64,000 nucleotides of DNA from the human T2T-CHM13v2.0 reference genome, Homo sapiens: assembly GCF_009914755.1 (NCBI RefSeq), contig NC_060934.1; one strand, given 5' to 3'. This document shows, piece after piece, positions 60,185-64,000 of this stretch. The notes under the pieces were generated by a model. It did not search any database, was not told the DNA's origin, and was given only the letters and a program-made list of their open reading frames with translations. How positions within the stretch are numbered: the stretch's first letter is position 1; every line of letters starts with the position of its first letter. The position numbers and the translations under genes were made by a program.

Positions 60185-60211
60185 ATGCCTTTCCTTTTGG
60201 GTCTTAGACAG
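60185..60211 (+). CDS. WBP1L: WBP1L alternative first exon, coding part of short isoform (MPFLLGLRQ)
   Basis: ATG...CAG|GTAATT, same phase 0 as exon 1a. MPFLLGLRQ matches the recalled N-terminus of the other WBP1L isoform. Confidence 0.85.
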
Positions 60212-62959
60212 GTAATTGTTTCTGCACGGATCGGGTTTGGAAGGGAAGAAGGGGTGGGAGCTTGTTTATTGTACTACTGCTTTGGGTGGAGGGAATATTT
60301 TAGCAAATGCCTCTCAGTTAGACCAGGCCAGCTCCCACACAGAACTTTCCAGTCTCCCTTCTTGTTTGCTAGTTGCTCCTTACTTTCAGAGCCACCGTGT
60401 TGTTAACCCTCTACGTCCCCGAGGTTTCTCTAGGGCTGACCAGTTCTGATTTTCCATCAGACACTGTAAAACTGCTTTGGAAACTTCACGGAGAAACAGC
60501 TGAAGAATGGGGCTGGGGAAGGGGAGAGGCAGAGTGCGATTCTTGCTCCAAACCCCTTTTATTCCTTCTCCATTTTGATTTGGCTAGTTAGTGGAGATTT
60601 CCTCACAGTCCTCTGGTTCTGAAGGGACTCTGTGTTGGGGGTGGGGTGAGGGCTCCGTTCTTCTTTTAAAGGAAAGGCTTTCTTCCTTTCAAGCATGTGC
60701 CTGGGGCTGTGCAGCTGAGGGACGTTCCCGACGCCTCAGGGGAAGGGGTGTGGAATTGACCCCATTTTGGCCTTACTGACCAGTTTTTCAAAAAGACCCC
60801 TGTGGCAGAGACTTGATTGCTCGGTGAGCCGCCCTTTGAAGTGGGAGCACTGCATTCATTCCAGCCGGTAAAGCAGTGTGGAATGAGAGAACAGTAGCAA
60901 GCCACCAACTGCTGTCTGCTGAGAACACAGCTGTTGCCAACTATTTGTTCCAGGGCTTCTGAGAGTCAGACACCCCCACCCCCTCTTCGTCTGAGAGGCA
61001 TGTCTGTATCGGAATGTGTAACTGTAACCAGCAGCTGCTGGCCATAAGGGGTGGGGAGGGAGCACACACCGTCTGCTGCCTGTTCCTGGGTGAGGAAAAG
61101 CCACAGATGAGCTCACAGCAGAAGCCCTAGAGGGGAGCTGCTAGGGACCACTGGTTGCCCTCACTCTGAGAAAAGTGCTAGGTGGGCAACTCTCCCTTGA
61201 GTTGCCTACAGTTCTGTTCAAAGGAAGCTCCTCTGAAAAGCCCCAAACATTCCATTACAGCTCTTGTTATCTTCAGAGTGTTGCGTTGACACAGCTGATG
61301 GGCAGAGAGGTGACCACTCTGAACATCCCTTCTGCCCCCACAAGAAAGGCTGTCCTTTTTTTTTTTTTTTTTTTTTTTTGAGATGGAGTCTCACTCTGTT
61401 GCCCAGGCTGGAGTGTAGTGGCGTTAGCTCACTGCAACTTCTGTCTCCTGGGTTCAAGCGATTCTCCTGCCTCAGCCTCCTGAGTAGCTGGGATTACAGG
61501 CATGTGCCACTATACCCGGCTAAGTTTTGTATTTTTAGTAGAGACGGGGTTTCGCCATGTTGGTCTGACTGGTCTCGAACTCCTGACCTCCGGTGATCCG
61601 GCCACCTCAGCCTCCCGAAGTGCTAGGATTACAGGCGTGAGCCACTGTGCCTGGCCAGAAAGGCTGTCCTTTTAACCTATGGGCAGAGTGAGCCCTGGAG
61701 AGGATTTCAAGCAGTGTTGGAAATAGGATGAAGCTGGATGAAGCGTCTCATGCTGTGTCAGCAGGCTGGTAGGGTGAAAACTGCCTAACAGAGTGGAAAG
61801 AGTGGGCTGGGAGCTGGAAAGACCTGCGTTCATATCCCAGCTTCCCTGAGGTCTTGGGCAGGCCCTTAACTGTTCTGAACCTCATCTCTGAGGTCACACA
61901 GGGATTCCACGAAAGAATGTATGTGAACGTTAGCACCTGGGCTGGTAGAGAGTAGACATAACTCTTACTTTGATCTAGTCATTCCCAAAGGATGCAACAC
62001 TGCAGGGGTGCAGGAAACGAGAAGCGAAGGGACTGATACCTTGACAGGAGCCAGGTGTGCTGGGCAGGAGCCCACAGCCAGGGGAGTGAGCTCTTGCATC
62101 TGTAGTCAGTGACTGCCATTGTGCAGTGACGTACAGCTGGGAGGCCACCTCTTACTCTACCGAGACACTGTTAATCTTATATACTGAGGTGGCAAGAGGG
62201 CGAGGGCTTGTGTCCAGTTACTTGGACATGTAGTGAGAGAATGAAGCAGTGGGTAGCATTAAACTCTTCAAGGAGAGTGAAGGGTTGGGATGGTTGTTTT
62301 GGGAAGGATCTGAGAGGATCAACAGCAGGTGAACCTTTAGCTCTTGTGTCTGAACAGTTGCCTGGTGGAAGGCAGAATTTAGAAGACCTCCGAAGGCCCT
62401 TCCTGCCCTAGGCTTCTGTGACTCAAATGTTGCCTGTACAATCTTGGAGTAGTTTTGGTTACATATTTTGTATATTTCTAGTATTTTCTGTCAGACAGTG
62501 TAACTATGTTCTTTATTGGAGCCATGTAGCCTTCTAAAGATCACTTGGTGATAATTCTGTTTAAGAAAAAATGACACATAATGCACACACACACACATAA
62601 AATTCATCTTTATCGCACATATGTATGCACTTTGATTTATTTTTTCCCCTTAATCCATATGATTGTTTTTTCCCCTTAATCCTGTGTCTTATGTGGTAGG
62701 ATTATTCTGTTTGTACAGAGGTGCATGCTGAGGCTTAGAGAAGTTAAGCCATTTGCCCAGCATTGCTCAATTGTCTAGAGAAAGGGTAATTGAAGATTTT
62801 TGTTGCTGTTTTTTAACTTGAGTCTTTCCCAAATCCTGGATTTTTCTCACTACCTAGACTGTGCGGCTCAATGTCTGAGAGTAGAGTATGATTAATGCAT
62901 TGTTCTCCTTGGGGCATGTTTCTTTCTAGCCTGCCTAGGTAGGAGATAAAATGCTGCTT

Positions 62960-63395
<436 letters not shown>

Positions 63396-64000
63396 AAAAA
63401 ATGTAGATTCTTTATGTCTGGGCCAGGGCCCCAGAATATGCATTTCTGTGAAGTTCCCCAGGTGTTTCTGATCCCGGTTGTTTCCGGCCACACTTTTGAG
63501 AGACTGTCCTCCAGAGCTGGGCGGCATGGAAATAATTACAAGCCAGCATGCTGAGTCTACAACAGAGGAACGCCCAGGGACTGGGAGAGCAGAGCGTGGG
63601 GGCAGGTATCTGAATCAGGCTAGGAGAGGCTTTCCTGAGAAGCCGATATCTGATCTGACTCTTGAAGGATGAGGAGGAGAGTTTACCAGACATGTGAGTT
63701 GGGGAAAGAGCATTCCGGACAGATCAGGTTGGGAGAGTTGTTTTTGTTTTCTTCTGCAGATGACAAGGGAAGCTGTCATTCATCTCTTGAGTCTTGGCAT
63801 TGAATTTGCCTGGGGCAAGATAAGGACCTTAGTTCACCAGGTATGGGTGTCTTTTATGGGTACCAAGAAGGAGGAAGACCTCAGGGCCCTTCTTTCTAAT
63901 AATGAGCATGGCATGATTTCAGTGTCTGTAAAGGGCAGATAAACTGTAGGATGTATTAGTTCTTTCATGCAAGGGACAGTTAGACAGCTCATGGAAGCTA

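Overview
Human (primate) genomic DNA, very rich in Alu elements, covering the SFXN2-WBP1L locus (recognised from the encoded proteins; chr10q24.32 from memory). All 11 coding exons of SFXN2 (sideroflexin-2, a mitochondrial inner-membrane carrier) lie on the + strand at 10448-21564. They splice through GT-AG junctions into a 969-nt CDS (322 aa). The non-coding first exon is not visible and probably lies upstream of the window. A proximal poly(A) signal (AATAAA, 22954) and a candidate distal one (ATTAAA, 27272) follow. Immediately downstream are the CpG-rich promoter and first coding exon of WBP1L/OPAL1 (27856-27945, signal-peptide isoform), and a second alternative first exon at 60185-60211 (MPFLLGLRQ). 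The remaining WBP1L exons are outside the window. The rest is intron and UTR filled with Alu, L1, L2/MIR, MER DNA-transposon fossils, an MLT2 LTR, a solo LTR13 (HERV-K class) with a perfect 6-bp TSD and a human-specific AluYb8. Almost all ORF-track entries are Alu or low-complexity artefacts. I found no new protein-coding system. The most unusual structures are local templated insertions: (i) a 155-bp inverted copy of unique SFXN2 3'UTR pasted inside an Alu 3.2 kb downstream, which could make a poly(A)-site-dependent RNA duplex; (ii) an older ~310-bp inverted copy inside an L1; (iii) a direct flank-plus-Alu copy; and (iv) a micro-inversion/hairpin repair scar.
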